From a virus (Duplodnaviria; Caudoviricetes): a stretch of 64,000 nucleotides of DNA. Both the position numbers and the translations under genes were made by a program. Shown in pieces: positions 17,704-27,285 of the stretch (positions are counted from its first letter, which is position 1; the number at the start of each line of letters is the position of its first letter). The notes under the pieces were generated by a model that was given only the letters and a program-made list of their open reading frames with translations, ran no database searches and was not told the DNA's origin. The stretch is taken from the IMG/VR virus record IMGVR_UViG_3300047539_000055; one strand, given 5' to 3'.

Positions 17704-19094
17704 TAGTTTGACACCACGCTTATTTTGAAATCTTTAACTGTAAGTCTTGGTCTGAGTGAAAGTGGTAATTCTATTTTATATCTCTCAAAACTTCCCACCG
17801 CATAAACTACATCATCTCTAGTTTCCACATCTGCAACAATATATCTACGCTCCAACGTATAATTTATTTTTCTAACCAAGACATATAATGCGGCTCCTCT
17901 TTCTTCACTTTTACGATTAAAATAATTATATCCGATTGTTTTTGCCGCTAAACGAATCCCTTCCTTTACTGCATCAAGAAGTTTCGTACCTGGTTTGAAA
18001 TCGTATCGTTGCTTATCAAAAGTTTCAATATGCCAATTTGGAAATTCTTTTTCAAATGCTTCTTTCACATCATAAGTAAAATGTTCTCGTACATCTGTTG
18101 GCATAACATACATTGATTTGGTCTTCGGATCAAGTTTCAAATACCCGCGATCATAACTATCAAAATGGGGTGCAAATCCACCTGTCATTCGTCTCTTATT
18201 TATAATGTCATGAAATCGAGTGGTATGCATTGCATAATGTCCTTTACGAATTGTCAATCCATATGTTGGATAATAAATCCATAGATATGTTCCAAACCTT
18301 GTTGTATCTTCTACACCCTCGACTACTCGCTTCGCTGGACTCCTCTTTGCAGTCCAAGGAACCACCACAAAGTTATTGCTTCTAATTCCTGGTCGCAAAT
18401 TTTCTGGCGGCGTAACCACATACTTTTCGTATGTTCCTTTTACCAAAAGAGAGTTACCAAGTCGTGTTATCTTTGCCACAATATATCTACCAGCCAATCT
18501 TTGCGCAATTTCCTTCTTCAATAGTTCCAAACGCTCAAGAGAATCACTTTTTTCGAAAGTACCACCTGGCGGATCAAATCTTATAGACATACGAGCCAAA
18601 TCAATGTATTCATCAATTCCATCTATAATTGCCTCTTTTACCGCCCCCATTGGTTTCCAATTATCTCCTTTATAGGAATCAAACTTGACAATCTCCCAAT
18701 TTGGAAATGTTTTTTTGAATATCTTCTCCATTGGATGTGCAAAAAATTCGTGAACATCTGTTGGATAGAAATACAATACATGATTATCTACATCGGTTTG
18801 AGCATATCCTCTATCAAAATCATCATAATCAGTATCAGACTGATTCATTATGTTACCAAAAACTCTGCCGTGGGCCGCGTAATTTCCTTCACCAATGAGC
18901 AATCCTACAGTTGGATCATAAATCCATACATACTTTCCAGTAAATCTTGGATTACTAATATCTGCATTACGCCATTTAGCAAGCGCTTCGTTCTTGGCAG
19001 GTTCATATAAACCTCGTGTATGGACAGGTTCATTAGTCTCTATCCATTCATCATCACCAGACGAGTTAGATTGCCAAAATTCTTGTAACAGCAT
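17703..19094 (-). CDS. Putative internal head protein made of a tandem duplicated ~200-aa unit
   Basis: MLLQEF leader; two copies of 'RF.....WIY.P..GL....G.YA.H...DRGY...PTDV.E.F...FPNW.I..FD...AVKE'. Confidence 0.7.
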   Translation of the reverse strand: MLLQEFWQSNSSGDDEWIETNEPVHTRGLYEPAKNEALAKWRNADISNPRFTGKYVWIYDPTVGLLIGEGNYAAHGRVFGNIMNQSDTDYDDFDRGYAQTDVDNHVLYFYPTDVHEFFAHPMEKIFKKTFPNWEIVKFDSYKGDNWKPMGAVKEAIIDGIDEYIDLARMSIRFDPPGGTFEKSDSLERLELLKKEIAQRLAGRYIVAKITRLGNSLLVKGTYEKYVVTPPENLRPGIRSNNFVVVPWTAKRSPAKRVVEGVEDTTRFGTYLWIYYPTYGLTIRKGHYAMHTTRFHDIINKRRMTGGFAPHFDSYDRGYLKLDPKTKSMYVMPTDVREHFTYDVKEAFEKEFPNWHIETFDKQRYDFKPGTKLLDAVKEGIRLAAKTIGYNYFNRKSEERGAALYVLVRKINYTLERRYIVADVETRDDVVYAVGSFERYKIELPLSLRPRLTVKDFKISVVSN

Positions 19095-19106
19095 TTCAAT
19101 TCCTCT

Positions 19107-19307
19107 TTATGTTCTTTTGATCAACGTAGGACTAACGGTTTTACGATCTTTTCTATTCTTTTTGATTGTGCTATATATTGAAGAGGCTGGATCACCGCCA
19201 AAAAATTGACCTTTTGGTGGGGTTCCGCCAGCAATCGTGGTTCCCATATTTCCGGCCGAAGTTGACCCTCCAGATGATGTTTCTTGAATGATTTCAGAAA
19301 TTCTCAT
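19107..19307 (-). CDS. Small head protein (E|TSSGGSTSAGN type)
   Basis: MRISEIIQE leader, SD AAGGTG, TAAATA at 19321-19326. Confidence 0.7.
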   Translation of the reverse strand: MRISEIIQETSSGGSTSAGNMGTTIAGGTPPKGQFFGGDPASSIYSTIKKNRKDRKTVSPTLIKRT

Positions 19308-19349
19308 AGTTCACCTTCAGTATTTACCAATCTTTTGAGATTTCCAAGA

Positions 19350-21110
19350 TTATTTTCCTTGTAAATCAATTCTGAAATAACTATCACCGTCAGAATCTTT
19401 CAATTTTTTCACTGAATATCTTTTAGCCAATTTTTCCCACGCCGATTTAGCATACAGTGATCTTGTAAAATCACTAACAATATAAGAATATCCAGCTTTT
19501 TTGGCTTCATGAATCATTCTATCGTATAGCATTTGACCAAGACCAGTATTATGCCAGTTACCTCTTTCTGTTAATTTACTTGTAGTTATTTGAATGCCAT
19601 TGAGTTCTATACACGAAATGTCTCCACAACTATCAGATTTCATTGGGCGAGCTATTATTACCCCTTCACTAAAACCAGAAATATTATTTTTATCAATTGC
19701 TCTAATTTCTATACCATTTTCGTCACTTTTTACTTTCCACGTCAACTTTGAAATCTCGGCATCACGATCATTGTAATGACGATAACCGAAATCTGGAGAC
19801 TCAGCCACTTTTATTCTGCTCAAGACAATATAAAAATATGAATGAGGAATGTATGTATGTGAATCTCTATATCGGACTGGATATCTCTTTCTCAACTTTT
19901 CCCATGCCTGATCAGCGTCATAACTTCGTGTAGTATCCGAACGAAATTCTCTACAACCTTTTGACTTTGCCAAATCAATAGCCTTGTCATATAACATTTG
20001 TCCAAGACCAGTTCCTTTCCATTCCTTTACAATTTCGCTTCTCAAAACATTCATACTTGATGATGAGAATATAAAACTAAGAACCATTTTTCCAATTTCA
20101 TTATTTTCATTTATTGCTTCTATTATAAATGATTGATGATCTACATTCTTGGGGCCACTTCTTATATTAAACTTTACTGATGACAATTCTTTATCACGAT
20201 CATTGAATCGTGAATACCCAAAATCTGGAGACTCCTTCAATGGAATTTTTGTCAGGTCAATTCGATAAACTGTTTTCAATGCGTTTGCTGGGCCTTTCTT
20301 ATTTGGAACTTTTTCAACTGAATATCGTTGTCTCAATCTATCCCATGCACTTTCGGCATCACTTGTTCTGAAAAATCCAGACTCAAAATAATGATAACCC
20401 ATTTTCTTTGAGAGTTGAATTGCTTTATCATACAATATTTGACCAACGCCAGTTCCTTGCCATTCGCGAGTTATTTGAATTCGTGTAACTTCTATAACAT
20501 CATTATTTCCAAATGAAAAACAACGAATTTTTGTCCATGGATCATTTTGAATGTTAATCTCAAATCCAGGAGCATTTGGTGGTTCTCTTTCCACAACGAA
20601 TTTGATTTTCTTTATGTCCTTATCTCTGTTGTTGAATTGAGAGTAGCCAAAATCTGGAGACTCTCTCATAAAAAATTTCTTGACATTCATTGGATTATAT
20701 CGTTTTCTCGCTTCCCACGGAGCCTTCAAAAACATTTTGGATGACTTATAGATAAAAATATCTCGCGGAGTAAAAATTACATTTGAAACTTTGAAAAATT
20801 GTTCACGCTTTTCACTCCATCGTTCATATTTTCCAAACGGAATATCAATATCGTAACATTCTTTACCCATCCACGCTCTAACCCAATAATGATCGTTATC
20901 CTTATCAATAATAGATGTTTTTACGCCGAAAATATCATATTTAATACAGTTTGCCATGACTTTCGCAACATCATTACATAATCCATAAGAACCTCCCCAA
21001 TTATCATATTCCCATTGAACTTTTTGAACCACATAAGGCTTCAAGGCCATCAGCGCAGCCTTCAATGGTCGTTCAATAACGGATTCAGAAATCAAATCAT
21101 CAACAAACAT
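19350..21110 (-). CDS. Polyprotein: Cys-His-Asp (papain/transglutaminase-like) domain + three GNAT acetyltransferases
   Basis: GLC...HYWV...YDID triad; three acetyl-CoA motif-A copies (WQGTGVGQILY, WKGTGLGQMLY, WHNTGLGQMLY), each preceded by xE|SPDFGY. Confidence 0.85.
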   Translation of the reverse strand: MFVDDLISESVIERPLKAALMALKPYVVQKVQWEYDNWGGSYGLCNDVAKVMANCIKYDIFGVKTSIIDKDNDHYWVRAWMGKECYDIDIPFGKYERWSEKREQFFKVSNVIFTPRDIFIYKSSKMFLKAPWEARKRYNPMNVKKFFMRESPDFGYSQFNNRDKDIKKIKFVVEREPPNAPGFEINIQNDPWTKIRCFSFGNNDVIEVTRIQITREWQGTGVGQILYDKAIQLSKKMGYHYFESGFFRTSDAESAWDRLRQRYSVEKVPNKKGPANALKTVYRIDLTKIPLKESPDFGYSRFNDRDKELSSVKFNIRSGPKNVDHQSFIIEAINENNEIGKMVLSFIFSSSSMNVLRSEIVKEWKGTGLGQMLYDKAIDLAKSKGCREFRSDTTRSYDADQAWEKLRKRYPVRYRDSHTYIPHSYFYIVLSRIKVAESPDFGYRHYNDRDAEISKLTWKVKSDENGIEIRAIDKNNISGFSEGVIIARPMKSDSCGDISCIELNGIQITTSKLTERGNWHNTGLGQMLYDRMIHEAKKAGYSYIVSDFTRSLYAKSAWEKLAKRYSVKKLKDSDGDSYFRIDLQGK

Positions 21111-21111
21111 T

Positions 21112-21993
21112 TTACCACATACCCCTTCTTAGTTTTAGTTGTTTTCCATCCCATTGAAATGCTTGATAGTATTCGGTTCCAGAACCAGTCTTCAATTCAA
21201 AATCTACTAAGTCTGATATTCTCTTCATCTCCCTAATAGTAAAACTTTCCAGTTTTGGAGACATTTTTTGTATAGTTTCAAAATAAGAAAACCCCTCATG
21301 AACAACTACACGAAGCAACCCTGCTTTATACGCATCCTCATAATCATGAAAGAAACCCATCATCTTAGCAGTTCCTAAATGTGTTCTTTCATATCCATTT
21401 GGAACAAATCTACCACTTGGAAATAACCAACCATGACCATTGATCGGCGCAGTTTTACTACCAACCCTTTTTATAAACTCGGAAGATCGCCATTTTTCAA
21501 TGGCCCATTTGTCAACTGCTTTCTTTGCGGGTGAATTGAAATCTTCATAAACGTTACGTTGTCGTCTTTGTGGAACTAACTGTCTTCCATCCCAATCAAA
21601 TCTTTTTTGAAAGCCAGTTCCAGAGCCACTCACAAATTCTAATCCATAACCTTTAGGAAACCTTTTTATGGCCTTCAAAACAATCTTTTCCAATTCTGGA
21701 GACATACGTTTGTCGGTTTCTAAATAAGCTTCGCCGTCGCCGCCTCTACCAAATCCCATAAATGCTACACGAAGTAATCCAGCAGTAAAGGCTTCATCAT
21801 ACCCACGACCATATCCCATTTTGTCGGCCATCGCTACATGACTTCTTCCTCCATTTGAAATAAATGTTCCATCTGGAAATAACCATCCTTGATCAGTAAT
21901 CGGCACAGTTTTACTTCCATACTTCTTCTTATACTCAAGAGGAGTAGGAGGTTTCTGCCGATAAACTTCGGGAATGAAATCTTCAATCAGCAT
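21112..21993 (-). CDS. Putative internal head protein with two GWLFPxG domains
   Basis: MLIEDF leader; two homologous units separated by NVYE|DFNSPAKKA. Confidence 0.75.
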   Translation of the reverse strand: MLIEDFIPEVYRQKPPTPLEYKKKYGSKTVPITDQGWLFPDGTFISNGGRSHVAMADKMGYGRGYDEAFTAGLLRVAFMGFGRGGDGEAYLETDKRMSPELEKIVLKAIKRFPKGYGLEFVSGSGTGFQKRFDWDGRQLVPQRRQRNVYEDFNSPAKKAVDKWAIEKWRSSEFIKRVGSKTAPINGHGWLFPSGRFVPNGYERTHLGTAKMMGFFHDYEDAYKAGLLRVVVHEGFSYFETIQKMSPKLESFTIREMKRISDLVDFELKTGSGTEYYQAFQWDGKQLKLRRGMW

Positions 21994-21994
21994 T

Positions 21995-24900
21995 TTACCA
22001 CGCCCTTCGGTTCTGTGAAACTAATTGTTTACCATCCCAATTAAATCTTTTATAAAATGGAGAACCTGAACCGCTAATAAGAGTTGCATCTTGGGAACTG
22101 CGCATTCTTTTGATTGCTTTTATGACAAGATTTTCCAATCTTGGTGACATTTGTTGTGACGTTTCAAATTGATGAATATATATTGACAAACGAATCAAAC
22201 CTGCTTCATACGCCGCATCATATCCATATTTGAATCCCATTTTAAGGGCTGTCGTTACATGACCTCTTGTTATTCCATTTGGAACAAAAGTTCCATTTGG
22301 CAATAACCAACCATCATCATCAATCGGGGATGTTTTACTACCATTTCTTTTTATAAAGGCTACGCCACTTGCTTTCGTAGCGGGTGTATCGTAGGATTCA
22401 AATATATGATTTGCGGCGAATCTTCCACCACGCGGCGGAATCAAAGAATCTTCAACCGGAACGTAAGCCATGATATCTTTGTCACCACGTAGATAGGCAG
22501 CATAGGCGCGATGATGCCCATCTACAATTGGGCTATCATCATCCCAATAATCGCGAGGCTGAAGAATAACCGGAGGAAGTGGTGTTAATCGACTCCCATA
22601 CTCTTTGGCTTGCTCTTCACTGAAACAACCCTCTTCAGCCCGAATCAAATCAAGAGGTACCTTCTTAAGCTCGTACCAATCAGCTTGGAGAAGATGATTA
22701 ACTTGCTCAGGTGTGACTGAGTGATGCCACAGAGACGCCAGATGCTTTGCTACGTCATCACGGCTAATTAGGGATGATGCCGTATGAACGAAAAAACTGT
22801 GTCTTGCTTTCGTAGCGGGTGAACCGTAGGATTCATACATATTACGTCGTTTTGCGTTCCGAACAAATTCTTTACCAGTCCATTCATATTCATCATTTCC
22901 AAAACTTTCACCACATAAAAGAAAAATATTTGGAAACGAAGACTGAATATCTGTGGCTATCTTTTCTGATCTTTTGCAAACCCGTTCATATGGTAAAATA
23001 GTTTGAATAACACATTCTCCTCTCCCTTGACAAGAAACATGAAGCCATCCTTTGCGCCAAGCAGATGTATAAGTTTTAATACCAGCCTTTTTCAAAGTAT
23101 TCCAATGTCCTTCCCCTGGCGCATTTGGAATAAACTTTCCTGTTGGCAATAACCAACCATCCTGACCAACTTGTTGTACGGAGATGCCTTCATTTATGGA
23201 CTCATCCCTTCGTCTATAAGTATCAAAATATCTACCATTCCATTCAAGTGTCTTCTTTTTGAAACCTGACTCTCCCCATATTGACAATATAATGCTTGGA
23301 TACTTTTGTGCCAAGCGTGTACGAACTACATTCATTAATTTTTTACTATTTTCTGTTCCAACTGTTGTAGTATCTAACTCAACAGTAGTTCTATTCAGGA
23401 TATATAAATGAATCCATCCCTCCTTATATGCTTCTTTATAAGAATCCATACCATGATCACGAAGTATCATAAGATGATTAGATAATCTAAAATTGAGTGG
23501 TATAAACTTTCCACTGGGTAGTATCCAACCATCATCGTTGATTTGATTATCAACGGCTTCCGTCACTGGTTCTTTTGGAATATATAATTTTCCTGTTTTT
23601 ATATTTCCTACTAGAGAATATTTGAATCTATCGCCAGTATATATTGTAATAAAGTTGTTTCCATAAATCCCATTAATACGATTAGCAATTTGTAGCCACT
23701 TTGGGCCGTGACCGTCTATATCTACTTCTTCTGTACCTGATCCATCATCGTCATCATCATTTTTAGACCAATTCGGTTCAGACTCCTCATCTTCTATATC
23801 TGGTTTCTCATTGTCAAGCCAACGCGGGAATATATTATTTAAAAAATCTTCAACATGGCACAATTCATGAGCCAAAACAGATTTATAAATAAACGCATCT
23901 CTTGCCGCATCTGGATTGATTCCTACATACAAGGTATGATTAATTGCCCAATAAGTAACACCCAAACAATACTTTTTCATTTTTACTGAATGTATCCCTA
24001 TTGGTGGAACTTTACTAATTTTGAAATGTGATAACAATTCATGAAGAATGTCATCTCTTTCTGCTTGAGAAAGAATAGCCTTACGAAACATTCCAGCGTT
24101 GGCTCTATATCCATCTTCCGTTATTGAGTGTCCTTCAAAAATTTGGTTCAAATTTTCTTTAACTTCTACAAGTTCAGAAAAATTATATATATCATTTGCC
24201 TCTTGAATCGGAACCCCAAGTCTTTTAGCAGCCTTCTTCATAAGAATCATAACATCCTTATCGCTAATAGAAGAATTCATCGCTGATCGCCATATTTGAA
24301 TTTTTTGCTGGACGGTTGCTTGTGGATCACGAAGAATATCTCTCATTGGTGTAGCTCGTGGTCCTGCCTCGGTACTACTTGGGTCACCAGTTTCTTGGCG
24401 GCTAATGACATCAATCTTGTCAAATGAAAAGGGAATTTCCCCTTTGTTATTTGATACTCCGTTATATTTTTTTACGTAACTCAATGCGTTAACTTGATCT
24501 TCACCAACTACTACCGTTAATTGGGTATATCCCATTTCTTGTAATTTACGAAGAACGCGAGTTAAATCTGGCATTTCGTCTGTTGCTGCAAAAAATATTT
24601 TCTTTTGGGACGGAAAAACCTTACGATAGATGGCAAGTTTTTCTCTGGGAGTAATTGGATCATCCTTCCCCATGGTACGACTTACTACGAAGTACGGATC
24701 GCCTCCCATTTTCTTCGCTTGAGTAAGAACACTGCTGGCAAGAAACATATGTCCTTTATGTCCCATACCTCTTCCCCATCCAAGCACAGCAATTTTGCTA
24801 TTACCAGTTCGTTGCAAATCCTCTTGAAGACGATCAGCCTTCATTTTTGGATTCCAATTTTTTTGATCAATAGCTTTAATGAATTGACCGGGAAGATCAT

Positions 24901-26689
24901 ACTTAAATTTTTTATCAGAATGAGCTTGAACATATCCCTCTGGATTTGTTTGACGAATACCGCCATGAGTTCCTTGTGCCAAAACACTAAGCAACTTATA
25001 TTTTTCTGCCGTAAGCATTTCCATAGCAGCAAAAATTGCTTTCAATCCTGGATGATCCAACATTTTTTTAGTTTTTTCAGCACTAAGATTTTTAGCAGCC
25101 CAAGCTATAAATTGTTTAGTAACTTGTTCTACACGAAAATTTTGATTGAAAAATTTGTATAATATATCGCCGGGACGAGACAACCCCGGCTGACCAGCAA
25201 CAAAAGAATCAATGATTTTAGCGTTCTTACTGATAAAAGCTGCAACTTTATCCAATCCCTTTATATCAATTTTAGGAATTGATTCTACATATGTTGTTCC
25301 CACGACGAGAACATCATCTGATGATAATTTTGAAACATTTGGATATCTTTCTTCATCTGCTCCAATATATTTGTAATAGCCAGTAGCGGCGATCATTACT
25401 TTTGCTTTTGAAATCCGTTGACCAAGTTCAGAGTCAGCAGGAACATGAAATTCTGTAACATTTGGCTTAAAATCCCACTCATTCGTTTTAGGATTTAATG
25501 TTGCAGGATCACCGGGCCAAAATAACAATCCACCTTCAATAAATCCTTTCTTTGGACTTATCTTTTCAAAATAGCTCCATAATTTAGATAAATTTTGAGC
25601 GTATTTTTGACGAAGTAATTCTTGACCTTGTTCAACATTTCCAGTAGTAGCAATAAATTTTTCTACATCTTTTGAACTACCCAGCAAAGTTTGAACTCCA
25701 CCCTTAGTAGTTTGAACTCCTCTTTTGAGATATTCCACCGCATTCTTAGGTAACATATGAAACTTGCCAGTATCATCACGGCCCCAATATAAAACTGGGC
25801 TTCCATCCATTTTTAATTCTATACCCTTTCCTTCACTACTCATCTCCTTCAATCGTTCAACAGCATGAAGTCCACCAATGCTACCATTGGTAAAAACTAA
25901 ATCTTCAATATGTTGATATTTGCGACCCACCTGGGGGGCAGCCGCCTCTGTAATCGGACGAACAGCATCCCATCGTTCATAACTGTAAGCCAAATCAACC
26001 ATCGCTCGTTTTTGTGCTGGATCGGGTATAGCAGCAATAATACTTTCAACACTACCAAGATCAGATGCTTTAGCGTTTGAACCGATTAAATAGTGAGCAA
26101 TTTCGTTTAAGTCGTCGGTAATGAAACTTGATTTCTTTCCATCGGAATCTCGCATAAAAAGACCTTCATCAGAACTCCAAACGAAACCTTGGCTTGTTGC
26201 CAATGCATTAATAAGTAATTGCTTATGTAAACCTTTAAACGGACTATTTTTAGGAAGGATATGTGTATGAAACAATCTGATGCGTTCTGCATTTTTTACA
26301 GGCTTAATATCAACTTGATAAAATTTACCTTTAAATGGAAGCAAAATATGAACTGTAATTCCAGTTTTTCTGGTCTTTAATCCCTTTTGTTGAAGATATT
26401 GCTCAAATTTTTGACGAATTATTTTTGAATCAGAAATTTTGAAAGTATTTTCCAAGTGAGTTAGATCAACTAAAACATCTAAATCTCCGCTCATTTTTCC
26501 GCTGGTGGGTGTGGCTGCACTACCAATTACGTAAGCTTGTAAACCAATATCATGAAGATACCTATCAGTTTCAGCTACCAATTGAGAAGCAATGACTTGA
26601 TCAAAATGACTACTTTCTGGCCAAATATTACCGCCTTCAAATAGTGTTGTACTTCTCCAAGCATGATTATACAAGTCATTTAATAGCAT
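21995..26689 (-). CDS. 1564-aa polyvalent polyprotein: PolB-like NTase, ligase-like (KxDG), HxGH nucleotidyltransferase, SprT-like peptidase, GWxxPxG x2, ParB/Srx-like, GWxxPxG
   Basis: GS...SGDLDV..QVD; ELKMDGSP...EGYV; GRGMGHKGH...VVGED...ATPMR; AHELCH...GHGPKW; IVDGHHR; TAAATA at 26698-26703. Confidence 0.85.
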   Translation of the reverse strand: MLLNDLYNHAWRSTTLFEGGNIWPESSHFDQVIASQLVAETDRYLHDIGLQAYVIGSAATPTSGKMSGDLDVLVDLTHLENTFKISDSKIIRQKFEQYLQQKGLKTRKTGITVHILLPFKGKFYQVDIKPVKNAERIRLFHTHILPKNSPFKGLHKQLLINALATSQGFVWSSDEGLFMRDSDGKKSSFITDDLNEIAHYLIGSNAKASDLGSVESIIAAIPDPAQKRAMVDLAYSYERWDAVRPITEAAAPQVGRKYQHIEDLVFTNGSIGGLHAVERLKEMSSEGKGIELKMDGSPVLYWGRDDTGKFHMLPKNAVEYLKRGVQTTKGGVQTLLGSSKDVEKFIATTGNVEQGQELLRQKYAQNLSKLWSYFEKISPKKGFIEGGLLFWPGDPATLNPKTNEWDFKPNVTEFHVPADSELGQRISKAKVMIAATGYYKYIGADEERYPNVSKLSSDDVLVVGTTYVESIPKIDIKGLDKVAAFISKNAKIIDSFVAGQPGLSRPGDILYKFFNQNFRVEQVTKQFIAWAAKNLSAEKTKKMLDHPGLKAIFAAMEMLTAEKYKLLSVLAQGTHGGIRQTNPEGYVQAHSDKKFKYDLPGQFIKAIDQKNWNPKMKADRLQEDLQRTGNSKIAVLGWGRGMGHKGHMFLASSVLTQAKKMGGDPYFVVSRTMGKDDPITPREKLAIYRKVFPSQKKIFFAATDEMPDLTRVLRKLQEMGYTQLTVVVGEDQVNALSYVKKYNGVSNNKGEIPFSFDKIDVISRQETGDPSSTEAGPRATPMRDILRDPQATVQQKIQIWRSAMNSSISDKDVMILMKKAAKRLGVPIQEANDIYNFSELVEVKENLNQIFEGHSITEDGYRANAGMFRKAILSQAERDDILHELLSHFKISKVPPIGIHSVKMKKYCLGVTYWAINHTLYVGINPDAARDAFIYKSVLAHELCHVEDFLNNIFPRWLDNEKPDIEDEESEPNWSKNDDDDDGSGTEEVDIDGHGPKWLQIANRINGIYGNNFITIYTGDRFKYSLVGNIKTGKLYIPKEPVTEAVDNQINDDGWILPSGKFIPLNFRLSNHLMILRDHGMDSYKEAYKEGWIHLYILNRTTVELDTTTVGTENSKKLMNVVRTRLAQKYPSIILSIWGESGFKKKTLEWNGRYFDTYRRRDESINEGISVQQVGQDGWLLPTGKFIPNAPGEGHWNTLKKAGIKTYTSAWRKGWLHVSCQGRGECVIQTILPYERVCKRSEKIATDIQSSFPNIFLLCGESFGNDEYEWTGKEFVRNAKRRNMYESYGSPATKARHSFFVHTASSLISRDDVAKHLASLWHHSVTPEQVNHLLQADWYELKKVPLDLIRAEEGCFSEEQAKEYGSRLTPLPPVILQPRDYWDDDSPIVDGHHRAYAAYLRGDKDIMAYVPVEDSLIPPRGGRFAANHIFESYDTPATKASGVAFIKRNGSKTSPIDDDGWLLPNGTFVPNGITRGHVTTALKMGFKYGYDAAYEAGLIRLSIYIHQFETSQQMSPRLENLVIKAIKRMRSSQDATLISGSGSPFYKRFNWDGKQLVSQNRRAW

Positions 26690-26709
26690 AGTATGAGTAT
26701 TTATTCAAA

Positions 26710-27285
26710 CTACTCTATATGTTGTTCCCTTTGATCTAACGACACATCGGAAGCCTTGACAGCTTCAATTTTTTTGATTATTGCAGGGTTAAAAATCACA
26801 ACGATGGTTTCAGCCCTTCCAGCAAAACCACGAGATATTTCATAATCGGCACCGTGATTTACAATAAACTTTCTCAATTCAACCGTATTTTTTGGTGACA
26901 AACATTGATAATTTACACAAAGGTTAACCAACACTTCAAGAAATAGCTTTCCAAGTCTGTTGATATTGTTCGTCAAATCTTCAATCATTGGCTTGCGATA
27001 CTGACCAATTACATATCGTTTAACAAAATCAATTGCTTCTTGTAACTCAATAGTGACTTTAGAAATATCTGTTCCCTTTTCAATTGTGAGTTTAAAAGTT
27101 GTTCCGCCGCCTTTGGCGTACTTTCTGGCAGTTTCATAATGAGTAGTGAGATATAAACCTGGGCCGTATTCCCATCGGCCTTTCTTAGCGGGAATCATAT
27201 TCATCTGATTGAATTGAAGATTTCTTCCACCATGCCAAAGGGTCATGGTTTGCGACACATCTTCAATTACTTCGTTTATCTTCAT
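26710..27285 (-). CDS. ADP-ribosyltransferase-like protein (H-Y-E type, polyvalent-protein ART)
   Basis: LWHGG, GPGLYLT, A.KYA and ETIVVIFNP motifs; MKINEVIE leader. Confidence 0.75.
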   Translation of the reverse strand: MKINEVIEDVSQTMTLWHGGRNLQFNQMNMIPAKKGRWEYGPGLYLTTHYETARKYAKGGGTTFKLTIEKGTDISKVTIELQEAIDFVKRYVIGQYRKPMIEDLTNNINRLGKLFLEVLVNLCVNYQCLSPKNTVELRKFIVNHGADYEISRGFAGRAETIVVIFNPAIIKKIEAVKASDVSLDQREQHIE

